DNA of 64,000 nucleotides from an uncultured Gemmatimonadota bacterium (lineage in GTDB: Bacteria > Gemmatimonadota > Gemmatimonadetes > Palauibacterales > Palauibacteraceae). Shown one piece after another: positions 1 to 8,729 of the stretch. The stretch is from NCBI GenBank assembly GCA_964627425.1, contig CAZVIY010000007.1, positions 63,510 through 127,509 of the forward strand, given 5' to 3'. Positions within the stretch are counted from its first letter, which is position 1, and each line of letters starts with the position of its first letter. The notes under the pieces were generated by a model, which was not told the origin of the DNA, made no database searches, and saw only the letters and a program-made list of their open reading frames with translations. A program made the translations under genes and the position numbers.

Positions 1-388
1 ATTCCAGGAGCCCGGGCACCAGCCCCACGTTCTCGGCCACCGTGAAGTGGGGGAAGAGCCCCACCTCCTGGATGACGTAGCCCGTGCGTCGGCGGAGCTC
101 GATGGGGTCCCATCCGGTCACCGGCCGGCCGTCCACCCGGACCTGGCCCTCGTCGGCCTCCAGCAGACGGTTCACGAGCCGCAGGGCGCTGGATTTCCCG
201 GCGCCGCTCCGTCCCACCAGGACCAGGATCTCCCCCTCCTGGAGCTCCAGGCTCACCTCCCGGAGGACCACGGTCTCCCCGAACCGGAGGGAGACGTCCC
301 GGAACTCCACCACGGGATCCTCGGGCTTCTCGGGCTCCTTCGGCTCCACGGGCTCCTTCCTCTCCCGGGGCGGGACGTCGGGTCCCAC
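1..388 (-). CDS. ABC transporter ATP-binding protein, N-terminal part (OpuC/ProV-like osmoprotectant-type ATPase); partial, continues beyond window start
   Basis: Manual reverse-complement translation of 1-390 gives ...VEFRDVSLRFGETVVLREVSLELQEGEILVLVGRSGAGKSSALRLVNRLLEADEGQVRVDGRPVTGWDPIELRRRTGYVIQEVGLFPHFTVAENVGLVPGLLE, with Walker A GRSGAGKS and the OpuCA/ProV-type IQEVGLFPHFTVAENV motif. It is absent from the ORF track because it has no stop inside the window. The start is assigned to a GTG near 388 and is uncertain. Confidence 0.6.
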   Translation of the reverse strand, partial: MGPDVPPRERKEPVEPKEPEKPEDPVVEFRDVSLRFGETVVLREVSLELQEGEILVLVGRSGAGKSSALRLVNRLLEADEGQVRVDGRPVTGWDPIELRRRTGYVIQEVGLFPHFTVAENVGLVPGLLE

Positions 389-508
389 TCCGGCTCGACG
401 GATCGACCTGTGCAGGCGGAAAAGGTCGCCCGGGGGTGCGCCGTCGGCAAACGGCGGTGGCGGCCTTCGGGGAGAGCGGGGCTGGCACGTAGCGAGGAGG
501 AGCGACGG

Positions 509-1618
509 ATGAACGGACCGTCTGGAGCGTCGGGGGGATCCTCCGGGAGGCCAGGGGGATCCTCCGAGAGGCCGGAGGGATCGTCCGGGAAGCCCGGGGG
601 GTCGGGGGACGGGTTCTCGGGATCGGGACCGACGGGCGCGCCGAAGGGAGTCATCACCATCCGCTGGGAGCTGGACCCGGGGCGGCGGCGCCGGGAGCTG
701 GCCGCCGACGTGAGGGAGGGGCTGGGCTCCTCGCCGAAGACGATCCCGCCGAAGTACTTCTACGACGAGCGGGGCTCCGAGCTGTTCGTCCGGATCACCG
801 ACCTCCCGGAGTACTACCAGACGCGGACGGAGCGGGCGCTGCTGGAGGAGCACGCGGAGTCGCTGGTGGAGGAGGCGGCCCCCGGGGCCCTGGTGGAGTA
901 CGGTTCGGGGAGCGCGGGCAAGACCCGGATCCTCCTGGACGCCATGGCGGCGGCCGACCGGCTCCGGGGGTACGCTCCCATCGACGTGAGTCCCCGGCCC
1001 GTGGGTTCGGTCTCCCGGCAGGTGGCCGCCGACTACCCGGGCACCACGGTGGTCGGGGTGGTGGCCGACTTCGAGGAACCCATCTCCCTCCCGTTCGCCG
1101 ACCGTCCCCGGCTGGTGGCCTTCCTGGGGAGCACCATCGGGAACTTCCGGCAGGAGGAGGCGGCCGCCTTCCTGCGCCGGGCCCGGGCGGAGCTGGGCCC
1201 GGACGACGCCTTCCTCTGCGGCTTCGACCTGGTGAAGGACCGGGAGCGCCTCGTGGCCGCCTACGACGACGCCTCCGGCGTCACCGCCGAGTTCAACCGG
1301 AACGTGCTCCGGGTGATCAACCGGGAGCTGGACGCCGACTTCGATCCCGCGGCCTTCCGCCACGAGGCGCGGTGGGACGAGGAGCGGGCCCGCATCGAGA
1401 TGCACCTGGTCTCGGAGCGGGGGCAGGAGGTGCCGATCCGGGAGCTGGGGACCACCGTGGCGTTCCGGGAGGGCGAGTCGGTGCGCACCGAGCTGAGCCA
1501 CAAGTACACCCGGGAGACGGCGGCCGGCCTCCTGAGGGAAGGAGGCTTCCGACTGGATCGGTGGGAGACGGACCCGAAGGAGTGGTTCGCCCTGGGCCTG
1601 GCCAGGCCGGAGGACTGA
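509..1618 (+). CDS. egtD: L-histidine N-alpha-methyltransferase EgtD (ergothioneine biosynthesis) with a Gly/Ser-rich N-terminal extension
   Basis: The C-terminal 320 aa are collinear with mycobacterial EgtD (KYFYDERGSELFVRITDLPEYYQTRTE, GSGSAGKTRILLDA, FLGSTIGNF, AYDDASGVTAEFNRNVL). The ATG at 509 is preceded by AGGAGG at 493-498. The track ORF starting at 47 overlaps the divergent ABC gene and is likely too long. Confidence 0.85.
   Translation: MNGPSGASGGSSGRPGGSSERPEGSSGKPGGSGDGFSGSGPTGAPKGVITIRWELDPGRRRRELAADVREGLGSSPKTIPPKYFYDERGSELFVRITDLPEYYQTRTERALLEEHAESLVEEAAPGALVEYGSGSAGKTRILLDAMAAADRLRGYAPIDVSPRPVGSVSRQVAADYPGTTVVGVVADFEEPISLPFADRPRLVAFLGSTIGNFRQEEAAAFLRRARAELGPDDAFLCGFDLVKDRERLVAAYDDASGVTAEFNRNVLRVINRELDADFDPAAFRHEARWDEERARIEMHLVSERGQEVPIRELGTTVAFREGESVRTELSHKYTRETAAGLLREGGFRLDRWETDPKEWFALGLARPED
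541..606 (+). repeat. Imperfect tandem repeat (about 21-24 nt unit, ggatcctccgggaggccaggg-like, about 3 copies) encoding a GSSGRPGGSSERPEGSSGKPGG linker in the egtD N-terminus
   Basis: Direct reading of 541-606: ctccgggaggccagggggatcctccgagaggccggagggatcgtccgggaagcccgggggg. Confidence 0.6.
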
Positions 1619-1649
1619 CGCCGAGCGGCCTCCTACCCTCCTACGCGTC

Positions 1650-3032
1650 CTATGCTTCCTTCACCTCGGCGATGAGCTCGCCGAGCTGGTCGGCGGCGTC
1701 GCCGAAGTACATGAAGGTGTCGTCGCGGTAGAAGAGCGGGTTGTCGACGCCGGCGTAGCCGGGGTTCAGGCTCCGCTTGATGACGATCACCCGGTCCGCC
1801 CGGTCCACCTCCACGATGGGCATGCCGTAGAGGGGGCTGCCGGGCTCGTCTCGGGCCGAGGGGTTCACCACGTCGTTGGCGCCCACCACCACGGCCACGT
1901 CGGTGCGTTCGAGCTCGGGGTTGATGTCCTCGGCCTCGTAGAGCCTGGTGTAGGGCACGTCGGCCTCGGCCAGGAGCACGTTCATGTGGCCGGGCATCCG
2001 GCCGGCCACGGGGTGGATGGCGTAGCGCACGTCCACGCCCCGGGACTCCAGGAGCTGGCCCAGCTCCCGGAGCTTGTGCTGGGCCTGGGCCACCGCCAGG
2101 CCGTAGCCCGGGACGAAGACCACCCGCCGGGCGTAGGCCAGGAAGAGGGCGGCGTCCTCGCCGGTGACCTCGTTGGCCGTCTTCTCCCCCTCCTCCGCGG
2201 CGGCCCCGGCCGCGGCCTCGCCGCCGAAGGCGCCGAAGAGCACGTTGGCCAGGGACCGGTTCATGGCCCGGCACATGATGGCGGTGAGGATGAGGCCCGA
2301 GGCCCCCACCAGGGCGCCGCTGATGATGAGGGCCAGGTTGTTCAGGACGAAGCCGGCGGCCGAGGCGGCCAGCCCCGAGTAGGAGTTGAGCAGCGAGACC
2401 ACCACCGGCATGTCGGCGCCCCCGATGGGGATCACCACCAGGATCCCCAGCAGGAGCGTCAGGCCGGCGAAGACGGCGTATTCGGCGGTGCCGGGCTCGG
2501 AGACGCCGAGCCACACGCCCAGGGCCACGATGGCCGCCAGCAGCAGGGCGTTGGTGGTCCTCTGCAGCGGGTACTTCACGGCCCGCTCGGTCACGACGCC
2601 CTGGAGCTTGCCCCACGCCACCATGCTGCCGGAGAAGGTGACGGCGCCGATGAGGGTGCCCACGGCGATGGAGACCTCGCCGCCGGGGTTCAGCGTACCG
2701 CCGGCGGCCCATCCCATGTACTCCGAGGCGGCCACCAGGCCCGAGGCCCCGCCGCCGAAGCCGTTGAAGACGGCCACGGTCTGGGGCATGGCGGTCATCT
2801 CCACCGTCCGGGCCACCACCACGCCGATTCCCCCGCCGGCCACCAGGCCGACGATGATCCAGGTGTAGTCGACGATGGCCTCGTCGACCAGCGTGGCCAG
2901 GACGGCCACGAGCATCCCCAGGGCGGCCAGCGCGTTCCCCCGGGGGGCCGTCTCCGGCGAGGAGAGCCGCTGGAGACCCAGGATGAACAGGACCGCCGAG
3001 GCCAGGTAGGCCCAGGGGACCAGGGCGCTCAC
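1650..3032 (-). CDS. pntB: NAD(P) transhydrogenase subunit beta
   Basis: A 460-aa multi-pass membrane N-terminal half plus a C-terminal NADP(H)-binding domain (GYGLAVAQAQHKLRELGQLLESRGVDVRYAIHPVAGRMPGHMNVLLAEADVPY). Its start overlaps the stop of the upstream gene in ATGA fashion. Confidence 0.9.
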   Translation of the reverse strand: MSALVPWAYLASAVLFILGLQRLSSPETAPRGNALAALGMLVAVLATLVDEAIVDYTWIIVGLVAGGGIGVVVARTVEMTAMPQTVAVFNGFGGGASGLVAASEYMGWAAGGTLNPGGEVSIAVGTLIGAVTFSGSMVAWGKLQGVVTERAVKYPLQRTTNALLLAAIVALGVWLGVSEPGTAEYAVFAGLTLLLGILVVIPIGGADMPVVVSLLNSYSGLAASAAGFVLNNLALIISGALVGASGLILTAIMCRAMNRSLANVLFGAFGGEAAAGAAAEEGEKTANEVTGEDAALFLAYARRVVFVPGYGLAVAQAQHKLRELGQLLESRGVDVRYAIHPVAGRMPGHMNVLLAEADVPYTRLYEAEDINPELERTDVAVVVGANDVVNPSARDEPGSPLYGMPIVEVDRADRVIVIKRSLNPGYAGVDNPLFYRDDTFMYFGDAADQLGELIAEVKEA

Positions 3033-3370
3033 CGGGCCTCCTCTCCTCCGGCCGGGCCGCCGGCGTCCGGCTCCGATCCGGGCGTCCCCCTCTTCTTCCG
3101 AAACATCCGGAGCATGCGGTCGGTGACCATGAAGCCGCCCACGGCGTTGATGGTGGCCATGACCACGGCCAGCACGCCCAGGGTGGTGAAGAGGGCGCCT
3201 CCCCCGGAGCCCGCCACCACGAGGGCGCCGACGATGGCGATGCCGGAGATGGCGTTGGCGCCCGACATCAGGGGGGTGTGGAGGGTGGGCGGGACTTTAG
3301 TGATGATCTCGAAGCCCACGAAGAGGGCCAGGACGAAGACGTAGACGCCGATGATCAGGGTTCCGGTCAT
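3029..3370 (-). CDS. pntAB: NAD(P) transhydrogenase subunit alpha part 2 (membrane)
   Basis: A 113-aa hydrophobic protein (MTGTLIIGVYVFVLALFVGFEII...) lying between pntAA and pntB. This is the typical split-alpha arrangement. Confidence 0.85.
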   Translation of the reverse strand: MTGTLIIGVYVFVLALFVGFEIITKVPPTLHTPLMSGANAISGIAIVGALVVAGSGGGALFTTLGVLAVVMATINAVGGFMVTDRMLRMFRKKRGTPGSEPDAGGPAGGEEAR

Positions 3371-3441
3371 GGAGGGCTCCCGTTCATGGTCGGCGGCTCC
3401 CGTTCAGAGGGCTGACGCAGGCGGTCCCGCTTCGGATCGCA

Positions 3442-4662
3442 TCACGGCTCGTACCGCACGTTTCCGTCGTGGGTGACGCAGCAGGCGTCGATCACCTGGT
3501 CGTCGAAGTCCAGCGACAGCTCGCCCTCGGGGGCCAGCACGCCCAGCAGCGAGGTGAGGTTCCGGGCGTACATCTGGCTGGCGTGCTCGGGCAGGCTGGC
3601 AGGGAGGTTCAGGGGGCCGTGGATCACCACGCCGCCGTGCTCCACCGATGTCCCGGCCCGGGTGAGCTCGCAGTTGCCGCCGGACTCGGCCGCCAGGTCC
3701 ACCACGGCGGCCCCGGTGCGCATGGCCTCCACCGTCTCGGCGGAGATGAGGACGGGGGCCTTCCGGCCGGGGACGTTGGCCGTGGTGATCACCGCGTCGG
3801 CCGCGGCGGCGTGCTCGGCGACGAGCTCCCGCTCCCGGGCCTCCTTCTCCCGGGAGAGCTCGCCGGCGTAGCCGTCGGCGTCGGCCTCCGCCCCCTCGCC
3901 GAAGTCTTCGTCGATCTCCAGGAAGTCGGCCCCCAGGCTCTCCACCTGCTCCTTCACCTCGGGGCGGATGTCGAAGGCCTCCACTCGGGCGCCCAGCCGG
4001 CGGGAGGTGGCGATGGCCTGGAGGCCCGCCACGCCGGCGCCCAGCACCAGGACCCGGGCGGGCCGGACGGTGCCGGCGGCGGTGGTGAGCATGGGGAAGA
4101 ACTTGCCCACCGAGTTGGCGGCGATGAGGGCGGCCTTGTAGCCGGCCACCGTGGCCATGGAGGAGAGGGCGTCCATGCTCTGGGCCCGGCTGATCCGGGG
4201 CACGAGCTCCAGGGCGAAGGCGGTGATCTCTCGCGCGGCCAGAGCCTCGAGGCGCTCCGGGTCGGTCCGCGGGCGGAGGAAGCCCGCCAGCACGCTGCCC
4301 CGCGGGAGGGCGGCCAGGGGGTCCCCCGGCGCCCGGTCGGCGTCGGCGTCGGCGCCGCCGCCGTCGGCAGCCCGGTCCGCTCCGCCGCCACCGGAACGGG
4401 AGGCGCTCCCGGCGCCGCTGCTCCCGTCCTCCCACGGCGGGTTCACCCGGAGGACGACGTCGGCCCCGTCGTAGAGCTCCTCGCGGGCGACCACGGAGAC
4501 GTCGACCTCGGCGTACTCCGGGTCGGCGAAGCCCGCGGTCCGGCCCGCCCCCGCCTCCAGGCGGAACTCCAGGCCCCCGCCGCCGGCGCGGCGGGCGGCG
4601 TCGGGGGTGAGGGCCACCCGGGTCTCCCCGGGGGCCCGCTCCCTGGGGACGGCGACGATCAT
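3442..4662 (-). CDS. pntAA: NAD(P) transhydrogenase subunit alpha part 1 (NAD(H)-binding dI domain) with a Gly/Ala/Asp-rich insertion
   Basis: MIVAVPRERAPGETRVALTP..., Rossmann motif VLVLGAGVAGLQAI, and alanine dehydrogenase/PNT family similarity throughout. It has an internal low-complexity insert GSSGAGSASRSGGGGADRAADGGGADADADRAPGD. Confidence 0.85.
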   Translation of the reverse strand: MIVAVPRERAPGETRVALTPDAARRAGGGGLEFRLEAGAGRTAGFADPEYAEVDVSVVAREELYDGADVVLRVNPPWEDGSSGAGSASRSGGGGADRAADGGGADADADRAPGDPLAALPRGSVLAGFLRPRTDPERLEALAAREITAFALELVPRISRAQSMDALSSMATVAGYKAALIAANSVGKFFPMLTTAAGTVRPARVLVLGAGVAGLQAIATSRRLGARVEAFDIRPEVKEQVESLGADFLEIDEDFGEGAEADADGYAGELSREKEARERELVAEHAAAADAVITTANVPGRKAPVLISAETVEAMRTGAAVVDLAAESGGNCELTRAGTSVEHGGVVIHGPLNLPASLPEHASQMYARNLTSLLGVLAPEGELSLDFDDQVIDACCVTHDGNVRYEP

Positions 4663-4675
4663 CCGGGGGGGCTCG

Positions 4676-4885
4676 TCAGGACTCGAGCTCGAACCAGGCC
4701 TGCACCCTCGCCTGGTACTGGGAGACCCGGCCGTCCTCGACCCGGCCCCGGAGGTTCACCACCTCGAAGTAATGGATGTTCCGCATGGTCTCGGCGGCCC
4801 GCTCGATGGCGCTCTCGATGGCGGCCTCGTAGCTGTCGCTCGAGCGGCCTACGAGCTCGATGGACTTGTACGGCGTCTCCGACAT
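4676..4885 (-). CDS. Dodecin family flavin-binding protein
   Basis: A 69-aa protein MSETPYKSIELVGRSSDSYEAAIESAIERAAETMRNIHYFEVVNLRGRVEDGRVSQYQARVQAWFELES that is collinear with bacterial dodecins. Confidence 0.7.
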   Translation of the reverse strand: MSETPYKSIELVGRSSDSYEAAIESAIERAAETMRNIHYFEVVNLRGRVEDGRVSQYQARVQAWFELES

Positions 4886-5018
4886 GTCGGCCTCCTGGTC
4901 TGGTTCGCTCGTCCGTCCGTTCCGACCCTTTATGTTTGCATGATCAGGGCCGCTGGCCGAGGCTGCCAGTCCGTCGCCCGCCTCCGCTCATCGACGCGAG
5001 GGACCCGAGGACCGATCC

Positions 5019-5732
5019 ATGCCGCTGCTCACCAGACACCAGATGGGCGCCGCCCTGGTCGACGCTCTCCGGGCCGAGGGGCTGGGCGTCCGGGACCTGT
5101 TCCAGGGACGCCAGGAGCCCCTGTCCTGGTTCTTCCGGGGCGTGGCCTACGACCAGTCGGAGCTGGACATCCTGGAATCCGGGGCGGTGGAGACCCTCCA
5201 TGCTCCGTCGGCCCTGGTGGAACTGGCGGTGGACGAGATGGCCCTGGCCCTGGCCAACGTGGGGATCCCGGGGGTGGCCTCCTACCTCCGGCCGGGGGCC
5301 CGCGGCGAGACGCGCGACGAACCCGCCGATCCGGCGGAGGACCCCGTCGATCCCGCCGACCTGGAGCTGGATCCCGAGGCCATGCTGGGGGTGCTCAGCG
5401 TGGACGTGGCGCCGCCGGCCCTCTGGCTGGACCAGCGGGAGGCCGACCTCCGCTCCAACGAGGAGCTGGCCGAGCGGCTGTCGGGGGTGGCCGAGGACGC
5501 GGGACCGCAGGCCGACACGATGGAGGTCCACATCGAGGGGGCCCTGAGCGCCGAGGAGGGCTGGGCCACGGCTCCCGGACGGGTCCAGCCCAGCGGCGTC
5601 TCCGTCCATTTCACCTTCGACGTGCCCATGGTGGGGACCGACGAGCGGGCCCTGGCCAGAGAGTTCGAGGCCGTGGCCCGGACCTCGGCCTCGGCGCTGG
5701 AGGGCGTGCGGGAGGTCTTCCGGGAGGACTGA
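5019..5732 (+). CDS. Hypothetical protein (acidic, no recognisable domain)
   Basis: A 237-aa ORF on the strand opposite its neighbours, with clean codon usage and no competing gene on the other strand. No family was recognised. Confidence 0.4.
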   Translation: MPLLTRHQMGAALVDALRAEGLGVRDLFQGRQEPLSWFFRGVAYDQSELDILESGAVETLHAPSALVELAVDEMALALANVGIPGVASYLRPGARGETRDEPADPAEDPVDPADLELDPEAMLGVLSVDVAPPALWLDQREADLRSNEELAERLSGVAEDAGPQADTMEVHIEGALSAEEGWATAPGRVQPSGVSVHFTFDVPMVGTDERALAREFEAVARTSASALEGVREVFRED

Positions 5733-5792
5733 GGGGCGGGCGGCGGAGGGCGCCCCCGGGCGGGGCGACGGGGGCCGGGGGCGCCGACCGGA

Positions 5793-6584
5793 TCAGCTCC
5801 CCGGGGGCTGCACCCCCTGCTCCCGGAGCAGGCTGTCCAGGACGGCCCGGAAGCGGTCGACCGGCAGGGCCCCCTGCATGGAGAGGGAGCTCCCGTCCCG
5901 TCCCTGGATGGAGAAGAAGGGGGTGCCCTGGATGTTGGCCCGGGCGATGGCCCCGTAGTCCCGGATCATGAACGGGGCCGGCAGGTCGTGCACCAGGCAG
6001 GACCGGAAGCTCTCGCCGTCGATCCCCATCTCCTCGGCCCAGTCCACGAAGAGGTCCGTCGGCTGGCCGGCGCCCGTCCAGGCTCCCTGCTCCTCGAAGA
6101 GCCGGTCGTGCATGGGCCAGAACTTCCCCACGGCCCCGGCGCAGAAGGCGGCCTCGCCGGCGGGCCAGGCCCGGGCGTGGTTCGGGTTGGGGAAGACGTG
6201 CCACACGTACCGGAGGTGCCCTTCCTCCACGTAGTCGTCCTCCAGGGTGGGCCAGGTCTGCTGATAGAAGCGCTGGCAGTAGGGACACTCGAAGTCGGAG
6301 ATCTCGTGGACGGTCAGCGGCGCGGCGGTGTCGCCCAGCGTCCGGGCCCGGTCCGCCCGGGAACCCACCACGTCGGGGTCCGAGGGCACCACGGCGCCGT
6401 CGGCCTCCTGGGCCTGGCTCTCGCCCCCGGAGCAGGCCGCGGCGGGCAGGAGGAGGGCCGCTCCCAGGGCCAGGGCGCCGGCCAGGCGGACCGGGGCGAG
6501 CCGGACCGTGGAGAGGCCGCCGGCCAGGCGGGACGGGAGCGGGGCGTCGGGGACGCGGCGGGACGCGGGGGGATCGGCGGTCAT
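5793..6584 (-). CDS. DsbA-family thiol:disulfide oxidoreductase, probable lipoprotein
   Basis: Thioredoxin-fold CxxC active site (EISDFECPYCQRF), a signal peptide with an LLPAAAC lipobox-like cysteine, and DsbA-like length. Confidence 0.75.
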   Translation of the reverse strand: MTADPPASRRVPDAPLPSRLAGGLSTVRLAPVRLAGALALGAALLLPAAACSGGESQAQEADGAVVPSDPDVVGSRADRARTLGDTAAPLTVHEISDFECPYCQRFYQQTWPTLEDDYVEEGHLRYVWHVFPNPNHARAWPAGEAAFCAGAVGKFWPMHDRLFEEQGAWTGAGQPTDLFVDWAEEMGIDGESFRSCLVHDLPAPFMIRDYGAIARANIQGTPFFSIQGRDGSSLSMQGALPVDRFRAVLDSLLREQGVQPPGS

Positions 6585-6644
6585 GGGCGGGGCCTCCTCG
6601 GGGGGATCGGGGTCAGGGGGCTCGGGTCAGGGGCGTCGGATTCA

Positions 6645-7718
6645 CTATGCGGCGGGCTCCTTCCGGGCCGTGAGCAGGTGGCGGTCCTCGTCCACCGCCT
6701 CCCGGCGCAGGGAGCCGAGTCCCGCCGACTCCAGCCAGGATCGATACGCGTCCAGGCCGTGGGTGGTCCCCTCCGCGGTGTTCAGCAGCATGGTCACCGC
6801 GAACAGCGGGGCGAAGCTGGAGAGCCCCCGGACGAAGTCCATGATCGCCACCACGCCGCCGGGGCGCACCCGTTCGCCCAGCCGCTCCAGGAGCCGCCGG
6901 TTCGTGTCGGCGTCGAAGAGGTGGGTGATGTTGGCCAGGAGCACCACGTCGAAGGGTCCCTCGGGGAGCTCCTCCAGGAAGTCGCCTCCCACCAGGGACA
7001 GGCCCTCCACCCGGGCCAGCCCGTAGGCGTCGGCCACGTGGTCGATGACCTCCGGCCGGTCCATGAGCACCGCCTCCATCCCCCGTTCCGCGAAGCGCCG
7101 GGCGAAGGTGCCCGGGCCGCCACCCAGGTCCAGGGCCCGGCGGGGATCCTCCACCCGACGGAGGGCGCCCTCCACCACGCGCTCGACCATGGCCGGGTCC
7201 TTGTTGGCCATGGCGGCCTGGAACCGGGCGACCCGCTCCTCGTGGTCCGTCTCTTCGCCCTCCTGGCCCTCGTCGCCCGCGGGAGGACGCCCGGTCCGGA
7301 CGGCCTCCCCCAGGTCGTGGGCCCAGGTCCGGACGCTCCGGAGCCAGTGGCGGACCGAGTCGGCGGAGTGGTCCGGAGTGTCCCGGGACAGGAACCGGGC
7401 CCGGGCGCCGCCGGTGAGCCGGTAGGCCGGGCCCGGATCGTCGCGCTGGCTCACGTCCCGATCCCGGCCCGGGTCGTCACCGGGAGCCGCCCGCCGGACG
7501 GCGCCCAGCTCCTCCAGGGCGCCCAGGAGGATGGAGAGGCCCCGGGGGCTCCAGCCGGTCTCCCGGGCCAGGTCCCGGGCCGTGCGGGGCCCGTCGGCCA
7601 GGTGCTCGAAGAGGCCGAGCTCCAGCCCCCAGGCGGCCACCAGCGCCCACTCGGCGCCGCGCCGGAAGTCGAACAGGTTGCCGAGATCGGGCTCGGGGCC
7701 CCGGTCGCCGGCGCTCAT
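6645..7718 (-). CDS. Class I SAM-dependent O-methyltransferase (family 2, with N-terminal winged-helix dimerisation domain)
   Basis: The N-terminus is wHTH-like (TARDLARETGWSPRGLSILLGALEELGAV). SAM motif I is ALDLGGGPGTFARRFAE, followed by the downstream motifs FDVVLLANITHLF and GGVVAIMDFV. Confidence 0.7.
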   Translation of the reverse strand: MSAGDRGPEPDLGNLFDFRRGAEWALVAAWGLELGLFEHLADGPRTARDLARETGWSPRGLSILLGALEELGAVRRAAPGDDPGRDRDVSQRDDPGPAYRLTGGARARFLSRDTPDHSADSVRHWLRSVRTWAHDLGEAVRTGRPPAGDEGQEGEETDHEERVARFQAAMANKDPAMVERVVEGALRRVEDPRRALDLGGGPGTFARRFAERGMEAVLMDRPEVIDHVADAYGLARVEGLSLVGGDFLEELPEGPFDVVLLANITHLFDADTNRRLLERLGERVRPGGVVAIMDFVRGLSSFAPLFAVTMLLNTAEGTTHGLDAYRSWLESAGLGSLRREAVDEDRHLLTARKEPAA

Positions 7719-7746
7719 CGGCGGAATGGACGCGGCGATCCTCGGG

Positions 7747-8139
7747 TCAGCTCGGGAGCTGCCCGCCGCCCGCGGCGATGAGGTAGAAGATCAGGCAGGC
7801 GCCCAGCAGCGCCATGTTCTTCATGAACTGGGCCTGCTCCGTCTGGGCCTCCATGGGATCGTCGATGGCCCAGAACGCGTGCATCTTGATGGCGGCCACC
7901 CCCAGGAAGACGATGAGCAGCCACGTGCCCACGACCACGTAGCTCCACAGGAGGATGCTCAGCCCTCCGGCCAGGATCATGAGGCCGGTCACGGCCACCG
8001 CGACCTTCGGCGCGGGCACGCCCTTGGATTCGGCGTACTGGCTCATGGCGTCCATCTGCATGAAGTGCCCGAGACCGCTCATGATGAAGATGGCCGCGAA
8101 GAAGATCCGGCCGATCCAGAAGAGGATGTCTCCGTCCAT
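7747..8139 (-). CDS. DoxX family membrane protein
   Basis: The core MDGDILFWIGRIFFAAIFIMSGLGHF...KNMALLGACLIFYL is DoxX-like. The start is assigned to an internal ATG (131 aa) rather than the 151-aa track ORF. It is the first gene of a doxX / O-methyltransferase / dsbA-like operon. Confidence 0.7.
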   Translation of the reverse strand: MDGDILFWIGRIFFAAIFIMSGLGHFMQMDAMSQYAESKGVPAPKVAVAVTGLMILAGGLSILLWSYVVVGTWLLIVFLGVAAIKMHAFWAIDDPMEAQTEQAQFMKNMALLGACLIFYLIAAGGGQLPS

Positions 8140-8238
8140 GGTGTCAGGCTCCCTTGGATGTGAGTGTCGACGCGAACGGTGAGCTTGTGGCCCCCGCGGC
8201 ACGAAACGGGGCGCTCCCGGCGAGGGTTCCCGGCGGCG

Positions 8239-8592
8239 TCAACCCGCCTCCGGGGGCGGGAGCTCCTCCAGGAAGTCCACGGCGCGGCGGAGGTGGGGGA
8301 TCACGATGGACCCGCCCACCACCAGGGCCACCGAGAAGGCCTCGAAGATCTCCTCGTCGTCCAGGCCCTCCTCCCGGCACCGGATCAGGTGGTAGGAGAT
8401 GCAGTCGTCGCATCGGAGGACCATGGAGGCCACCAGGCCCATGAGCTCCTTGGTATCGGCCCCCAGGGCCCCTTCCTCGTAGGCCCTGCCGTCCAGGGCG
8501 AAGAAGCGGTTGACGGTGAGGTTCCCGGCCTCCCGGATCCGTTCGTTCAGCTCCTCACGCTGCTCCCGGAACTCCTCGAGCCGCTCGCTCAC
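8239..8592 (-). CDS. Carboxymuconolactone decarboxylase (CMD/AhpD-like) family protein
   Basis: Only the C-terminal 117 aa of the 916-aa track ORF are protein-like: VSERLEEFREQREELNERIREAGNLTVNRFFALDGRAYEEGALGADTKELMGLVASMVLRCDDCISYHL... with the CMD CxxC-type motif. The start is a GTG with a gggagagga RBS. The rest of the 916-aa ORF is an artefact. Confidence 0.65.
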   Translation of the reverse strand: MSERLEEFREQREELNERIREAGNLTVNRFFALDGRAYEEGALGADTKELMGLVASMVLRCDDCISYHLIRCREEGLDDEEIFEAFSVALVVGGSIVIPHLRRAVDFLEELPPPEAG

Positions 8593-8729
8593 GGTAGTCC
8601 TCTCCCTGGTTCGAGCCTCGTGGCGTCCGGCGAAGGGGGCGGCTCCCGCGTCCCCCGCTCCCGGGTGCACGATCGATGCCGACGTCGCTACGTTAAGGGG
8701 CCGTTGACCGCTCCCTCCACCTCCATCCC

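Noticed and set aside
3469-5547. 692-aa plus-strand ORF over pntAA and the dodecin gene
   Set aside because: Antisense to genes with strong family matches. The translation is compositionally biased and has no motifs.
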